Of a stretch of DNA of 64,000 bases, positions 49,983 to 60,346 are shown one piece after another (within the stretch, counting starts at the first letter, position 1; each line of letters begins with the position of its first letter). The stretch lies in the NCBI GenBank assembly GCA_040218735.1, contig JAVJQW010000055.1:32001-96000 (forward strand), given 5' to 3'. Both the position numbers and the translations under genes were made by a program. The notes under the pieces are model-generated. The model was not told the DNA's origin and did not search any database. It worked only from the letters and a program-made list of their open reading frames with translations. The DNA is from Deltaproteobacteria bacterium. GTDB taxonomy: Bacteria > Myxococcota > Kuafuiibacteriia > Kuafuiibacteriales > Kuafuiibacteriaceae.

Positions 49983-51388
49983 TCCTCGTCATCCCGTTCG
50001 CGCTCTACATGTTCGCGACGAAGAAGCCGCCGAAGGCGGCGATGATCGTCTGCGTCGGCGTGATGATGTGGGGCCCCGAGAGCGTGTGGATTCGCATCCC
50101 GAGCACGCCGATCCTCAACTTAGTGAACGTCCCGGCCCTCGGGGGGCTCCTCGGCGTGTTCCTGTTCATGAACAAGGCGTTCATGAAGGCGCGGCCGGGC
50201 CGCGGACCCGAGGCGTTGATGTGGCTCAGCCTCCTCGCGTCGCTCGCGACCTGGAAGACGAACACCGACGTGCAGATCTTCGGCACGTGGATCCAGACGG
50301 TGCTGCCGGGCCTCACGTTCGTCGACGGCATGTCGATGGGCCTCGACCACGTCTACCGGCTGATGTTCCCGTTCCTGGTCGGGCGCATCGTCTACCAGAA
50401 CGGCGACGACCTGGAGACGGGCCTGAAGCTCTTCGTCGTGATGGCGCTGATCTACGTGTTCCCGATCCTCGTCGAGCTGAAGATGAGCCCGCGGGTGCAC
50501 GAGTGGATCTACGGCTACGCGGCGTCGAGTGACTTCCTCGCCGTCCTCCGTTGGGGCGGTTACCGCCCGATGGTGTGCATGCCGAACGGCCTCGCGCTGT
50601 CGCTGTTGATGCTGCAGATGTTGATGGCCGCCGCCGCGTTCCAGCGCGCGGGGATTCGCGTCACGAAGCGCATGAAGAACAAGACGGTGACCGCGGTGCT
50701 CTCCGTCATCCTCGTGCTCTGCAAGTCGACCGGCGCCATCATGTACGGTCTCGTCTTCATCCCCCTCATCCTGAAGGGGAAGCTGAAGAGCCAGCTCCGC
50801 CTCGCGACGATCCTCTCGGTCATCGCGCTCAGCTACCCGACACTCCGCGCCGCCGACCTCGTCCCCGTCGACGACATCCTCGCGGTCGCCGAGTCCATCA
50901 GCAAGGACCGCGCAGGTTCACTTGCGTTCCGTTTCAAGAACGAGAAGCTCCTCGGCGACAAGGCGCGCGAGCGGTTCTGGTTCGGTTGGGGGAGCTACGG
51001 GCGCAACTCGATCTACCACGACGAGATCGGCAAGGAGATGACCATCGCCGACGGCTACTGGGTCATCCTCCTCGGCGTGCGCGGCTTCGCGGGGTTTGCG
51101 TTGTCGTTCGGGCTCGCGCTGTGGCCGGTGTTCGTCGCACGGAAGGTGGTGCCGCGAATCGAGAACCCGAGGGATCAGTGGTTACTGGGCACGCTGTCCC
51201 TCATCGTGGCCGTGTCGATCTTCGACCTGATCCCCAACGGCCTCTTCACGAACTACAACTACTTCCTGTCGGGGATGTTGTACGGCGCGTGTAAGGCGCT
51301 CGATCCGAAGGGCCCGATTCAGCGCCGTCGCCGCCGCACCAGCCGGCCGTCGCCGGCGGCCGGGACGCCCGCCGCGCATCGCGGTTGA
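49937..51388 (+). CDS. O-antigen ligase / Wzy-like polysaccharide polymerase
   Basis: Many TMs; GGYRPMV, CKSTGA, RAGSLAFRF.NE, FGWGSYGRN, DGYWVI. Confidence 0.75.
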   Translation: MQISPYHGNFAAFALILVIPFALYMFATKKPPKAAMIVCVGVMMWGPESVWIRIPSTPILNLVNVPALGGLLGVFLFMNKAFMKARPGRGPEALMWLSLLASLATWKTNTDVQIFGTWIQTVLPGLTFVDGMSMGLDHVYRLMFPFLVGRIVYQNGDDLETGLKLFVVMALIYVFPILVELKMSPRVHEWIYGYAASSDFLAVLRWGGYRPMVCMPNGLALSLLMLQMLMAAAAFQRAGIRVTKRMKNKTVTAVLSVILVLCKSTGAIMYGLVFIPLILKGKLKSQLRLATILSVIALSYPTLRAADLVPVDDILAVAESISKDRAGSLAFRFKNEKLLGDKARERFWFGWGSYGRNSIYHDEIGKEMTIADGYWVILLGVRGFAGFALSFGLALWPVFVARKVVPRIENPRDQWLLGTLSLIVAVSIFDLIPNGLFTNYNYFLSGMLYGACKALDPKGPIQRRRRRTSRPSPAAGTPAAHRG

Positions 51389-52204
51389 TCAGCGGTCGGT
51401 GAGGAGGCGCTTCAGGCCCTTCTTCGCACCGTGGTACGCCTTGCGCAGCTCGCGCTGCGTCTTCTCGATCGGCATCAACACGTTGCCGCGGAACTTCTCC
51501 TCCGGGCGCGCCTTGAAGACCGTCGTGTGCGCCTCGCCGGTCCAGCTCGCGGGCGCTTCCTTCGTGTAGTAGTACGCCGCGAACGACTTGCGCTCGACGC
51601 CCGGCGGCGTCGTCACCGGCTGCACGCCGTGGAAGCTGATCTCGCTCGTCTCGAAGATCAGGCAGTGGTTGAGCTTCGGCGGGATCGCGGCGTGCCGGTT
51701 CTGCACTTCCTTGTCCCACAGCTCGACCGCGCCACCCCAGGCGTCGTCCCACTCGGGGTTGAGGTAGATGAGGATGTTGAGCCGTCGGTGCAGCTCGTCT
51801 TCTTCGATGTAGTTGAAGTCGACGTGCACATCGAGCCGCCCGCGCGGCCCCGTGACGTGGATGCCGCCGCCGCGGAGCGCGTCGTCGGCGAGGAGGTTGT
51901 CGATGCCCGTGATGCGCTCGAGCTTGCCGAGGAACTCCGGTCCGGAGATCGCGTCGCTGAGTTTCTTCACCGCCTCGGGGAAGCGATCGGATTCGCAGAG
52001 CTGGACCTTGCCCATCTCGTTGACCGCCGTGAACGCGCGGCCGCCCTGGTTCTTACTCCATTCGAAGGACGGCATCGCGGCCGCGACCTCTCGGGCGAAG
52101 TCCTCTTCGAGGAACGGGTGGATGTGAATCCACGGGAAGGGCTCGGCCGAGCGAAACTCCTGCGTGAGGCGGTCGACATCGAGCGGCTTGATCAGCGTGC
52201 TCAT
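51389..52204 (-). CDS. 2OG-Fe(II) oxygenase
   Basis: AEPFPW, GGGIH, LDVHVDFN, RRLNILIYLN, WGGAVELW, SFHG, RKS. Confidence 0.9.
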   Translation of the reverse strand: MSTLIKPLDVDRLTQEFRSAEPFPWIHIHPFLEEDFAREVAAAMPSFEWSKNQGGRAFTAVNEMGKVQLCESDRFPEAVKKLSDAISGPEFLGKLERITGIDNLLADDALRGGGIHVTGPRGRLDVHVDFNYIEEDELHRRLNILIYLNPEWDDAWGGAVELWDKEVQNRHAAIPPKLNHCLIFETSEISFHGVQPVTTPPGVERKSFAAYYYTKEAPASWTGEAHTTVFKARPEEKFRGNVLMPIEKTQRELRKAYHGAKKGLKRLLTDR

Positions 52205-52302
52205 CGGTTGCACCAGGGTGTTGCAGTCGCGTCGTCAAAGCAACCGGGTTCGTCACCGCGGTCGCTCGGAATACAAGCGCCTGTGCTACGGTCCCGCCCC
52301 GA

Positions 52303-53766
52303 GTGAGCGAGACCGCGAGCGTTCCGGATCCCTCGTCCGACAAACCGAGCATGAGGCGCCGCGCGATCCGCGGGAGCGTCGTCGCGGCGGGCGGGCAGGG
52401 CGTGAGCATGGTGCTCCGGTTCGCCTCGAACTGGATGGTCGCGCAGCTTCTGCTGCCGGACATGCTGGGCCTCGCGGGCACCGTGAACGCCGTCGTCCTC
52501 GGTCTGCAGATGATCTCCGACATCGGTGTTCACCAGAACATCGTGCAGCACGAGCGCGACGACGACGCCTTCACCGACACCGCGTTCTCCGTCAGCCTCC
52601 TCCGCGGCATCCTCCTGTTCCTGATGGGCTGCGCGCTCGCGTACCCCGCAGCCTGGTGGTACGAGCGCCCCGAGCTCGCCGCGCTGCTCCCCTTCACCGC
52701 GCTGAGCGCGCTCCTCAACAGCGCGATGCCGACCAAGTACGCGCGTTTGTCGCGCGACATGGAGCTGGTGCGCCTGACGCTCCTCAACCTCGGCTCCCAC
52801 GCGATCGGCATCGCCGTGATGGTGGCCTACGCCTACGTGTTCCGGTCGGTCTGGGCGCTGGTGCTCGGCGCGGTCGTGACCGCGGGGGCGAAGTGGTTCC
52901 TCTCCGTCGTCGCGATCCCCGGCCGCATGAATCGGTTCGCTTGGGAGCCGGAGGCGGTCCGCGACCTGATCAACTTCGGCAAGTGGGTCTTCCTCAGCAC
53001 GCTGCTGATGTACGTGTCGCGCCACTTCGATCAGCTGGTGATCCCGAAGCTCGAGAACATGGGGGTGGCGGGGGTGTACGGCATCGCGGTGAGCCTCGCG
53101 ATGACGCCGCTGTTCCTCGGCGGCGCGGTGATCGGCCAGGTGTTGTTCCCCGCGCTCGCGGAGTCGAAGCGTGTCGACGCGGAGACGTTCCAGCGACGCT
53201 TCGACAAGGCGCGCAACGTGATGCTGCCGCTGCACATCTACGTCTGCGCGGGTGTCGCGCTCGGGTCGGCGCCGCTGATCCGCATCTACAAACCGGTCTA
53301 CGCCGACGCCGCGTGGATGTGTCAGCTGCTCACGCTGTCGATGTGGTTCCAGTATCTGCAGGAGGCGTGGACGCAGGCGCTCGTCGCCGTCGGTGATACC
53401 CGCTCGCAGGCGATCTCCAACGCGGTGCGCGTGGTGATCATGGTGCCGCTGATCCTGATCGGCTTCGAGGTCGCGGAGGTCCCCGGGTTGATCCTCGGCG
53501 GCGCGCTCGGTGCGATCTCCGGGTACGCCGTGGTCGGGTGGCGGATCCGACGTCTCGGTTTGCGAGTGTTCGGTCCCGATACGAAGGCGTTCTTCGTGTT
53601 CGTCATCCTCGCGGGCGGCGGTGCGTACGCGCCGTACGTGATCGCCGAGCAGACCGGCGTCGACGCGCTCTGGCCGCAGCTCGGCATCGGCGGCGCCATC
53701 GGGGTCGCCCTCAGCGCGTACCTCTACGTGAAGGTTCTCCCGCGCCTCCGCGGCAGCGCGGCGTAG
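52303..53766 (+). CDS. Oligosaccharide flippase (Wzx/MOP family)
   Basis: RAIRGS, QLLLPDMLGL, SDIGV, FGKWVFLS, FDQL, GVYGIA; many TMs. Confidence 0.88.
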   Translation: MSETASVPDPSSDKPSMRRRAIRGSVVAAGGQGVSMVLRFASNWMVAQLLLPDMLGLAGTVNAVVLGLQMISDIGVHQNIVQHERDDDAFTDTAFSVSLLRGILLFLMGCALAYPAAWWYERPELAALLPFTALSALLNSAMPTKYARLSRDMELVRLTLLNLGSHAIGIAVMVAYAYVFRSVWALVLGAVVTAGAKWFLSVVAIPGRMNRFAWEPEAVRDLINFGKWVFLSTLLMYVSRHFDQLVIPKLENMGVAGVYGIAVSLAMTPLFLGGAVIGQVLFPALAESKRVDAETFQRRFDKARNVMLPLHIYVCAGVALGSAPLIRIYKPVYADAAWMCQLLTLSMWFQYLQEAWTQALVAVGDTRSQAISNAVRVVIMVPLILIGFEVAEVPGLILGGALGAISGYAVVGWRIRRLGLRVFGPDTKAFFVFVILAGGGAYAPYVIAEQTGVDALWPQLGIGGAIGVALSAYLYVKVLPRLRGSAA

Positions 53767-53902
53767 ACGTCGCAGGTCACCAACCCACGGCGGGCGCAAA
53801 CGCCAGGACGGGGAGGTCGAACGTCGCGCCCGTCGTTCGAGCTGGTCATCTCACGCGGCGCCGCGAGAAGCGCAGGTTGTCTTGCGAAGCGCGCGAAGGA
53901 GC

Positions 53903-53931
53903 CGCAACTCGAGCGCCCCCGGCGCCGATAA
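53903..53931 (+). promoter_or_regulatory. sigma-28-like promoter candidate (CGCAAC-N15-GCCGATAA)
   Basis: Perfect GCCGATAA at 53924-53931, 7 nt before an in-frame GTG. Confidence 0.6.
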
Positions 53932-53938
53932 CGTCGAT

Positions 53939-54493
53939 GTGGGGTCTGGCGCGCGCATCGAGAACGTTCGAGCGCCTTCCCCGCTCCGTTTCGAGGAGAT
54001 CGGCACGACCGACGCGTCGCGCAAGTACACGCTCCCCGATGCTCCGGCCGACGTCCCGAAGCGCACCAACGCGGCGCGTCACCCGGGCGCGGGGTGGCAG
54101 CTCCTTCGGAGGCTGAAGACGATGGCGGTGGTCGGCGCGGTCGCCGCGCTCTCGCTCGGCATGACGACCGGCGCCGCGCTCGCTGACTCCTGCGACGTCC
54201 CGGCCGCCGAAGCACGCACGATGGAGCGCGAAGAGGTCGTGTTGCGCGAGAGCCTGTGCCGCTACGTGCAGTCGGACTTCGGCGGAGACTGGGACGCCGC
54301 CTGGCGCCACCACGCGGGCGCCGACGATCGCGTCGACCGCGGTGAGCTTCGGCAGTTGTTGAAGGACGCGGACGTCGGCGGAGGTTTCACACGCGGGTTC
54401 TGGGTGAACGGCGTGCTCGAGAAGTTCGACGGCGTCGGTGGCCCGCAGAACGGAGCGATCGATCGCAGCGAGCTCGACGCCGCGCTCGACTAA
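53939..54493 (+). CDS. EF-hand-like protein with internal hydrophobic/signal segment
   Basis: DDRVDRGEL and NGAIDRSEL EF-hand-like loops; AVVGAVAALSLGMTTGAALA hydrophobic stretch; start GTG 53939 or ATG 54122. Confidence 0.65.
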   Translation: MGSGARIENVRAPSPLRFEEIGTTDASRKYTLPDAPADVPKRTNAARHPGAGWQLLRRLKTMAVVGAVAALSLGMTTGAALADSCDVPAAEARTMEREEVVLRESLCRYVQSDFGGDWDAAWRHHAGADDRVDRGELRQLLKDADVGGGFTRGFWVNGVLEKFDGVGGPQNGAIDRSELDAALD

Positions 54494-56157
54494 CCCATCG
54501 CCACGAGCGCGGTGTCCTCCAGCGACACGTCGTCGCGGATCATGTCCACGCCGCGCTGCGCGAACCGGTTCGCCACCGCGATCGCGCGCCGCCCGTGTTT
54601 GTTCGCTCGGCACCAGTCGGCGTGCTCGATCATCAGCGCGAGCTCCAACGTGCGTCCGAGCGTCATCGCGAAGCGGCGCGCGCCGCCTTCGAGACCGTCG
54701 CGCGAAGCGAGGTTCGCCTCGAGCCACGACTGCGCGTGTTGCATCGAGCGCTTCGCGGTGTCGACGGCGCCCTTGAGCTCGGCGTCGCTTGCGTTCGACA
54801 CGCGGCGATCGATCGCCTGCAGCACCACGCCCAACGAGTTGTCCTTCGCGAGCGCGCGCAGCGTGTCGAGGGACAGCACGTTCGTCGTGCCCTCCCAGAT
54901 CGGGAGCACCTGCGCGTCCGCGAGCAGCCGCGGCAGGCCCGTGTCCTCCACGTACCCCGCGCCGCCGAACGCCTCCAGCGTCTCCGACGCGACCGCGACG
55001 CCCTGCTTCGCGGTGGTGAGCTTCGTGATCGGCGTGAGCGCGCGAAGGAGCTGCCGGTCCGCGTCCGTCCCGTCGCCGTGTTCGAGCTGGCCGATCAACG
55101 TCACCGTCGCAAACGCGAGGTGGAACGCCGCCTCCGCCTCCGCGGCCATGTCCGCGAGGGTGTCGAGGTGCAGCGGCTTCTTCTCCAGGTACGCGCCGAA
55201 GGCGTGGCGGCGCTTCGCGTAGTCCCGCGCGAGCGCGAGCCCTCGGCGCGTCCCCCACGCGGCCGCAACCGCGTTCCACGTGCGGGTGATGTTGAGCATC
55301 GAGGAGATGTTCTTGATGCCGTCGGTCGTGCCGATCACCGGCGTCGCGAAGCAGCGGTCGAGCGTGAGCTCGGCGGTCGGGACCTTCTTCGTCCCGAACT
55401 TCTCTTTGAGCCGATTGATCTGGATGCCGTTGAGCGCGCCGCGATCGTCGCGCGTCTCCACGTAGAACAGCGCCAGCCCACGACCCCCCTCCGGGTTGCC
55501 CTCGGGGCGGCCCAGCGTCAGCGCCATCTCGGACGTCGTCGCGCTCGTGAACCACTTCGTGCCGTACAGGTGAAAGCCGCCGTCCGCCGCCTTCGCGATC
55601 GTCTCGGACTTGCCGACGTCCGAACCGCCCGTGCGCTCCGTCATCCACTGACCGGACGTCCACATCGTCGCCGGGTCGCGTGACAGCAGACGGGGAAGGG
55701 CGCGCTCCATCACCGCTTCGTTGTTCGTGTCGCGCAGCGTGCGCGCCGCGCCGTCGGTCATCGCGAGGGGGCAGGAGTAGATGTCGAGCGACGCCTGCAC
55801 GAGGTAGTTCATCAAGAACTGGTGCACGCGGTCGAAGCGACCGTGGCTCCCCTCATAACCCGCCGCCACCAGGCCGTGCTCCGCCGACAGCCGCTGCGCG
55901 CGCTGCCAGAGCGGGGTGAGCTCGATCTGGTCGATCCGGTTGCCCCACGGATCCCACTGCACGAGCGTGGGTTCGTTCGTGCGGTCCGCGAGCATCGCCT
56001 CGTAGAGGTCGCCGCCGGCGAGATCTCCGAGGTGGCGGTACTCCGCGTCGACCTTCATCCGCACGTCGTCCGGGAGCACACGTTGGACGAATTCGCGGGC
56101 GAGGGGATCCTCGTCGAACTGGTTGCCGAGCCTCGGGGGTGCCTGGAAGAACGCCAC
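54490..56157 (-). CDS. Acyl-CoA dehydrogenase (AidB-like clade)
   Basis: SCPLAMTDGA, SGQWMTERTGGSDV, GTKWFTS, RLKEKFGT, FGGAGYVED, IWEGTTNV. Confidence 0.93.
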   Translation of the reverse strand: MAFFQAPPRLGNQFDEDPLAREFVQRVLPDDVRMKVDAEYRHLGDLAGGDLYEAMLADRTNEPTLVQWDPWGNRIDQIELTPLWQRAQRLSAEHGLVAAGYEGSHGRFDRVHQFLMNYLVQASLDIYSCPLAMTDGAARTLRDTNNEAVMERALPRLLSRDPATMWTSGQWMTERTGGSDVGKSETIAKAADGGFHLYGTKWFTSATTSEMALTLGRPEGNPEGGRGLALFYVETRDDRGALNGIQINRLKEKFGTKKVPTAELTLDRCFATPVIGTTDGIKNISSMLNITRTWNAVAAAWGTRRGLALARDYAKRRHAFGAYLEKKPLHLDTLADMAAEAEAAFHLAFATVTLIGQLEHGDGTDADRQLLRALTPITKLTTAKQGVAVASETLEAFGGAGYVEDTGLPRLLADAQVLPIWEGTTNVLSLDTLRALAKDNSLGVVLQAIDRRVSNASDAELKGAVDTAKRSMQHAQSWLEANLASRDGLEGGARRFAMTLGRTLELALMIEHADWCRANKHGRRAIAVANRFAQRGVDMIRDDVSLEDTALVAMG

Positions 56158-56236
56158 GGGCCCCAGCGTTATCCACTGCGACGCGCCGCGTCCAGCGACT
56201 CGGAACCGACGGCGTTGTATCCTCTGGGACCTTCGG

Positions 56237-59200
56237 ATGACGCCCCGCCGCCTCAGCCCCGTCTTCGCTCTGCTCGCGCTCGCTTGCGCGGGCCAACCCA
56301 AGACGGGCGGGCCGACGACGGGGGGCGACGCGCTGCCCCCGCTCCCGACCACCGCGCCGACGGCGTTCGAGGGCATACCGGTCGAGGTCACCGCCGAGGA
56401 GGCGCGCTACACGTTCGACGGCAAGGGCCGCAAGACGTTCACCTACCGCCTGACCTACCGCGTCCGTAGTGTCGCCGCGCTCGAGAAGTGGGGCACGATC
56501 TCCGCCGACTGGACGCCGTGGTACCAGGACCGCCCGCTGCTGAAGGCGACCGTCACCACCGCCGGCGGAAGGACGTTCGAGCTCGACCCCAAGAGCCTCG
56601 CGGAGCAACCCGTCGGGTCGCGCGATCGCCTGCTGTACTCGGACCGCCGTCGCCTCGTCGCGCCGCTCCCCGGATTGGAGGTCGGCGCGCTCGTCGAGCA
56701 GACCACCATCGTGAAGGACCGCATCCCGTTCTTCGCGGAGGGGGTGCTCGGCCGCTTCTACTTCGGGCTCGCCGTCCCGGTGTTCAACTCGCGGTTGATC
56801 CTCGACGCTCCCGAGGACACCCCGCTCGCGTTCGAGGTCCGCGGCAAGGAGCTCGTCGCCGACGACACCACCGAGGGAGGCCGTCGCGTCGTCACCTTCG
56901 AGACCGGGTTGCTGCTCCCGCAGGGGGCGTTCGAGCCGCTGCTCCCGCCGGAGGCGCCGCGGTACCCGTACGTCGCGTTCTCCACCGCGCGCTCCTGGCA
57001 GGACGTCGCCGCCCGCTACGGCGCGCTCGTCGAGCGGCAGATCCTCGGCGCGAACGTGACGGAGCTGGTCGAGGGCATCGACGTCGAAGCGATGCCGCGC
57101 GACGAGGTCATTCGTCTGCTCGTGCAGCGCCTTCACAAACGTGTGCGTTACACGGGCATCGAGTTCGGCAAGCAGGCGATCGTTCCGTGGCGGCCCGCGG
57201 AGACGCTCGGGCGCGGCTACGGCGACTGTAAGGACAAGAGCGCGCTGCTCGTCGCGATGCTGCGCGCGAAGGGGATCGAGGCGAACGTCGCGATCCTCAA
57301 GGCGGGCTACGGTGAGGACGTACGCCCCGCGCTGCCGGGGCTGGAGGCGTTCAACCACGCGATCGTCCACGTGCCCGGGGAACGCCCGCTGTGGATCGAC
57401 GCCACCGCGAACCTCACCCCCGTCGGCGAGATCCCGACGTCGGTGCAGGGGCGCCGCGCGCTGGTGGCGTCGTTCGACTCGACCGAGCTGGTCGAGGTGC
57501 CGGAGCACCCGGTGTCTCACGCGCGGTACCTCGAGGAGCGCACGATCAAGATGTCCGAGTGGGGCACCGCGACGATCGTCGAACGCACGACCGCGACCGG
57601 CGCGATGCAAGACAAGTTGCGCGTGCAGTACAGCTCGGCGCCGCGTGAGGGCATTCGGTCGGCGCTCAACAAGTACGTCACGAGCACCTACAAGGCCGTG
57701 GGGCTGACGCGCTTCGCGATGTCCGAGCCGATGGACGTCGCGACCCCGTTCGAGCTGGAGGTCGAGGCGATCGGCGCGCGTGTCGCGTCGACCGACGCAC
57801 GCAAGGCCTCCGTGCAGCTCCGCACCGCCGTACTGTTCTCCTGGATCCCCGAAGAGCTACGGCTCGCGGCGCTCGCGGAGGTCGATGAAGCCGATCGCGA
57901 CCGGCAGGTCGCCGCCGAGGCGATCCTCGGCCGCAAGAACGACCTCGAGATCTTCGAGCCCTACGTGGCGCAGATCCGTTACGTGGTGAAGGTCCCGAAG
58001 GGGTTCGAGGTCCGCGAGGTCCCGCAGGACCGGCGGTACGCGATGGGGCCGGCGTACTTCGACGCGAAGTACGAGGTCGGCGCCGAGGAGATCGTCGCGA
58101 CCTTCACCGTCGACCTCGCCAAGCGGCGCTACTCCGCCGACGAGGCGCGGGCGTTCGTCACCGGGCTGTACACGGTGTTCGACAGCCCCATCGAGCGCCT
58201 CGAGCTCGTACACCGCGGCGCACGCCTGCTCGCCGACGGCGACAACAAAGCCGCGCTCGAAGCCTACCGGGGCCTGATCGTCGCCGAGCCCGACGTCGCC
58301 TACCACCACGCGCGCCTCGCCGACGCGTACCTCTCCCTCGGCCTCGGTGCGCCAGCGCGCGAAGCGGCCGAGGAGGCGCAGCGGCTCGGGTCGGGTTCGG
58401 CCGAGGTGATGTACGCGGTCGCGCGGGTGTTCGCGCACGATCTGTTCGGACGCCCCTACGCACCCGGCTTCGACAAGGCGCGCGCCACCGCCGCGTACCA
58501 GCGGGTGCTCGACCTACAGCCCGACCGCCACGAAGCGCGCTTCGCGCTCGCGGTGACGATGGAGCACAGCGCGGACGGCGTTCGTTACGGCGACATCGAA
58601 GGCACGAAGGAAGCGGTCGAGCTGTACCGTCGACTCCCGCGCGGCGACGGCCATCCGAACCACGACAACAACCTCCTCATCGCGCTCAACGAAGCGCAGG
58701 ACTACGAAGGCCTCCTCGAAGCCGCGTCGATCGCCGAGCGATCCAAGCTCCGCGACACCCTCCTCGTCGCGGCGACCGCGATGACCGACGGGACCCGCGC
58801 AGCCTTCGAAGCGCTCGACGGGCTCGGCCTCGACCCCGACACCCGGCAGGCGATCGCGTCCGAAGTTGCGACGTCGCTCTCGCACAAACGCCACTACGAA
58901 GAGGCGCGCGCGATGTTGGAGCGCTTCGCGCGCAACGCGAAGGACCCGATCGCCATGCAGCAGCGCATCGCGACGCTCGCGCGGCTGCGTCGCCACGACC
59001 TCCCGGACGGACCGCCGCGCACACCGGTCGATGTCGTGCAGCGGGTGCTGTCCGCGATGTTCCATCCGACCGTGGATCGCGAGCGACTGAAGACGTTGTT
59101 CGCGGACCTGCAGGACGACGGCGCGCTGGAGTCCGAGGTCGAGCGGCTGACGGCGGGCTCCGCCGCGTTCACCAAGGCGGCGCGGACATCCGGGCTTCCG

Positions 59201-60346
59201 GCGCCGATGATGCGCGACCACGTCCTCGCGATGACGAAGTTCTTCGTCGAGGGGGACGACCGCACCGGTTACCGCGTGAGCGGCCGGGTCGTCGGGTCGG
59301 GCGGCCAGCGCACCACGTGGTGGTTCGTCGTGAAGGAGAAGGGCGCGTACCGGCTGCGCGCGAGCGAGGCGAGCCTGTCGTCGGTCGGTGAGGAGGCGCT
59401 GCACCTGTTCCGCCGCAAGAAGACCCGCGCCGCGCGTCAGTGGTTGAACTGGGCGAAGGAGGTCGTCCCGTACCGCGGGGGCGCCGACGTCCTGGAGCGC
59501 CACCCGTTCCTCGCGTTGTGGAGCGCGGGGCGTGGGCCGCTCGCCGCTTCGGCGGCGGCGCTCGCTGCGACGGGACCGCGCGGACACAAGGTGGTGGACG
59601 AGCTGGAGAAGGCGCGCCGTCGTCACAACGCGCCCGAGGTTCGGCGCCACATCGATCACGCCATCCTGATCGCGCTCGCGGAGACGGACCGGCACCAGGA
59701 GCGCTTGGAGGTTGCGCAGCGCCTCTACCGTCAGCTCCCCACGTCCGCGCTGGCGTTCGACTACTACTGTCGTGCGTTGCTCCAGGCGGGGCAGGGCAAG
59801 AAGGCGAAGAAGCTCCTCGCGCAGCGCGTCGACGAAGAACCGCGTGACGCCGTCGCTCGCGCTCGCCTCTCCGACACCCTCCTGGAGCTCGGCGAGACGA
59901 AGGCCGCCGACGCCTTGATGCGCGAGACCATCCGCCTCGGTGTCGCGACGCCGAGCACGTACAACAACCTCGCCTGGTTGCAGCTGTTCACGGGCGCCAT
60001 CGACGCCGACGACGTCGAGCTCGCGGTCGAAGCGAACACGATGACGCAGTTCGAGACGCCGAGTTTCCTGCACACCCTCGCGGCGCTCTACGCGGAGGTC
60101 GGCAAGACGACCGAGGCGTACTCGCTGGTGCTCCGGCGCATGGACCTGAACGGACAAACGACGCCCGAGAGCGCGGACTGGTACCTGATCGGGCTCGTGA
60201 TGGAGTCCTACGGGCTGACGCGCTGGGCGAAGGAAGCGTACGAGCGCGTCGAGGACGACGAGGCGCGGAGCCTCGACTCGACGTTTGCTCTAGCGCAGAA
60301 GAAGCTCGACCGGCTGCGTCGGGTCGGCGCGGGAAAACGAATCTGA
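56237..60346 (+). CDS. DUF3857 / transglutaminase-like domain lipoprotein with TPR repeats
   Basis: Lipobox LALAC; GDCKDK, FNHAI, WIDAT catalytic triad; TPR-rich C-half (YNNLAW, LHTLAALYAE). Confidence 0.88.
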   Translation: MTPRRLSPVFALLALACAGQPKTGGPTTGGDALPPLPTTAPTAFEGIPVEVTAEEARYTFDGKGRKTFTYRLTYRVRSVAALEKWGTISADWTPWYQDRPLLKATVTTAGGRTFELDPKSLAEQPVGSRDRLLYSDRRRLVAPLPGLEVGALVEQTTIVKDRIPFFAEGVLGRFYFGLAVPVFNSRLILDAPEDTPLAFEVRGKELVADDTTEGGRRVVTFETGLLLPQGAFEPLLPPEAPRYPYVAFSTARSWQDVAARYGALVERQILGANVTELVEGIDVEAMPRDEVIRLLVQRLHKRVRYTGIEFGKQAIVPWRPAETLGRGYGDCKDKSALLVAMLRAKGIEANVAILKAGYGEDVRPALPGLEAFNHAIVHVPGERPLWIDATANLTPVGEIPTSVQGRRALVASFDSTELVEVPEHPVSHARYLEERTIKMSEWGTATIVERTTATGAMQDKLRVQYSSAPREGIRSALNKYVTSTYKAVGLTRFAMSEPMDVATPFELEVEAIGARVASTDARKASVQLRTAVLFSWIPEELRLAALAEVDEADRDRQVAAEAILGRKNDLEIFEPYVAQIRYVVKVPKGFEVREVPQDRRYAMGPAYFDAKYEVGAEEIVATFTVDLAKRRYSADEARAFVTGLYTVFDSPIERLELVHRGARLLADGDNKAALEAYRGLIVAEPDVAYHHARLADAYLSLGLGAPAREAAEEAQRLGSGSAEVMYAVARVFAHDLFGRPYAPGFDKARATAAYQRVLDLQPDRHEARFALAVTMEHSADGVRYGDIEGTKEAVELYRRLPRGDGHPNHDNNLLIALNEAQDYEGLLEAASIAERSKLRDTLLVAATAMTDGTRAAFEALDGLGLDPDTRQAIASEVATSLSHKRHYEEARAMLERFARNAKDPIAMQQRIATLARLRRHDLPDGPPRTPVDVVQRVLSAMFHPTVDRERLKTLFADLQDDGALESEVERLTAGSAAFTKAARTSGLPAPMMRDHVLAMTKFFVEGDDRTGYRVSGRVVGSGGQRTTWWFVVKEKGAYRLRASEASLSSVGEEALHLFRRKKTRAARQWLNWAKEVVPYRGGADVLERHPFLALWSAGRGPLAASAAALAATGPRGHKVVDELEKARRRHNAPEVRRHIDHAILIALAETDRHQERLEVAQRLYRQLPTSALAFDYYCRALLQAGQGKKAKKLLAQRVDEEPRDAVARARLSDTLLELGETKAADALMRETIRLGVATPSTYNNLAWLQLFTGAIDADDVELAVEANTMTQFETPSFLHTLAALYAEVGKTTEAYSLVLRRMDLNGQTTPESADWYLIGLVMESYGLTRWAKEAYERVEDDEARSLDSTFALAQKKLDRLRRVGAGKRI

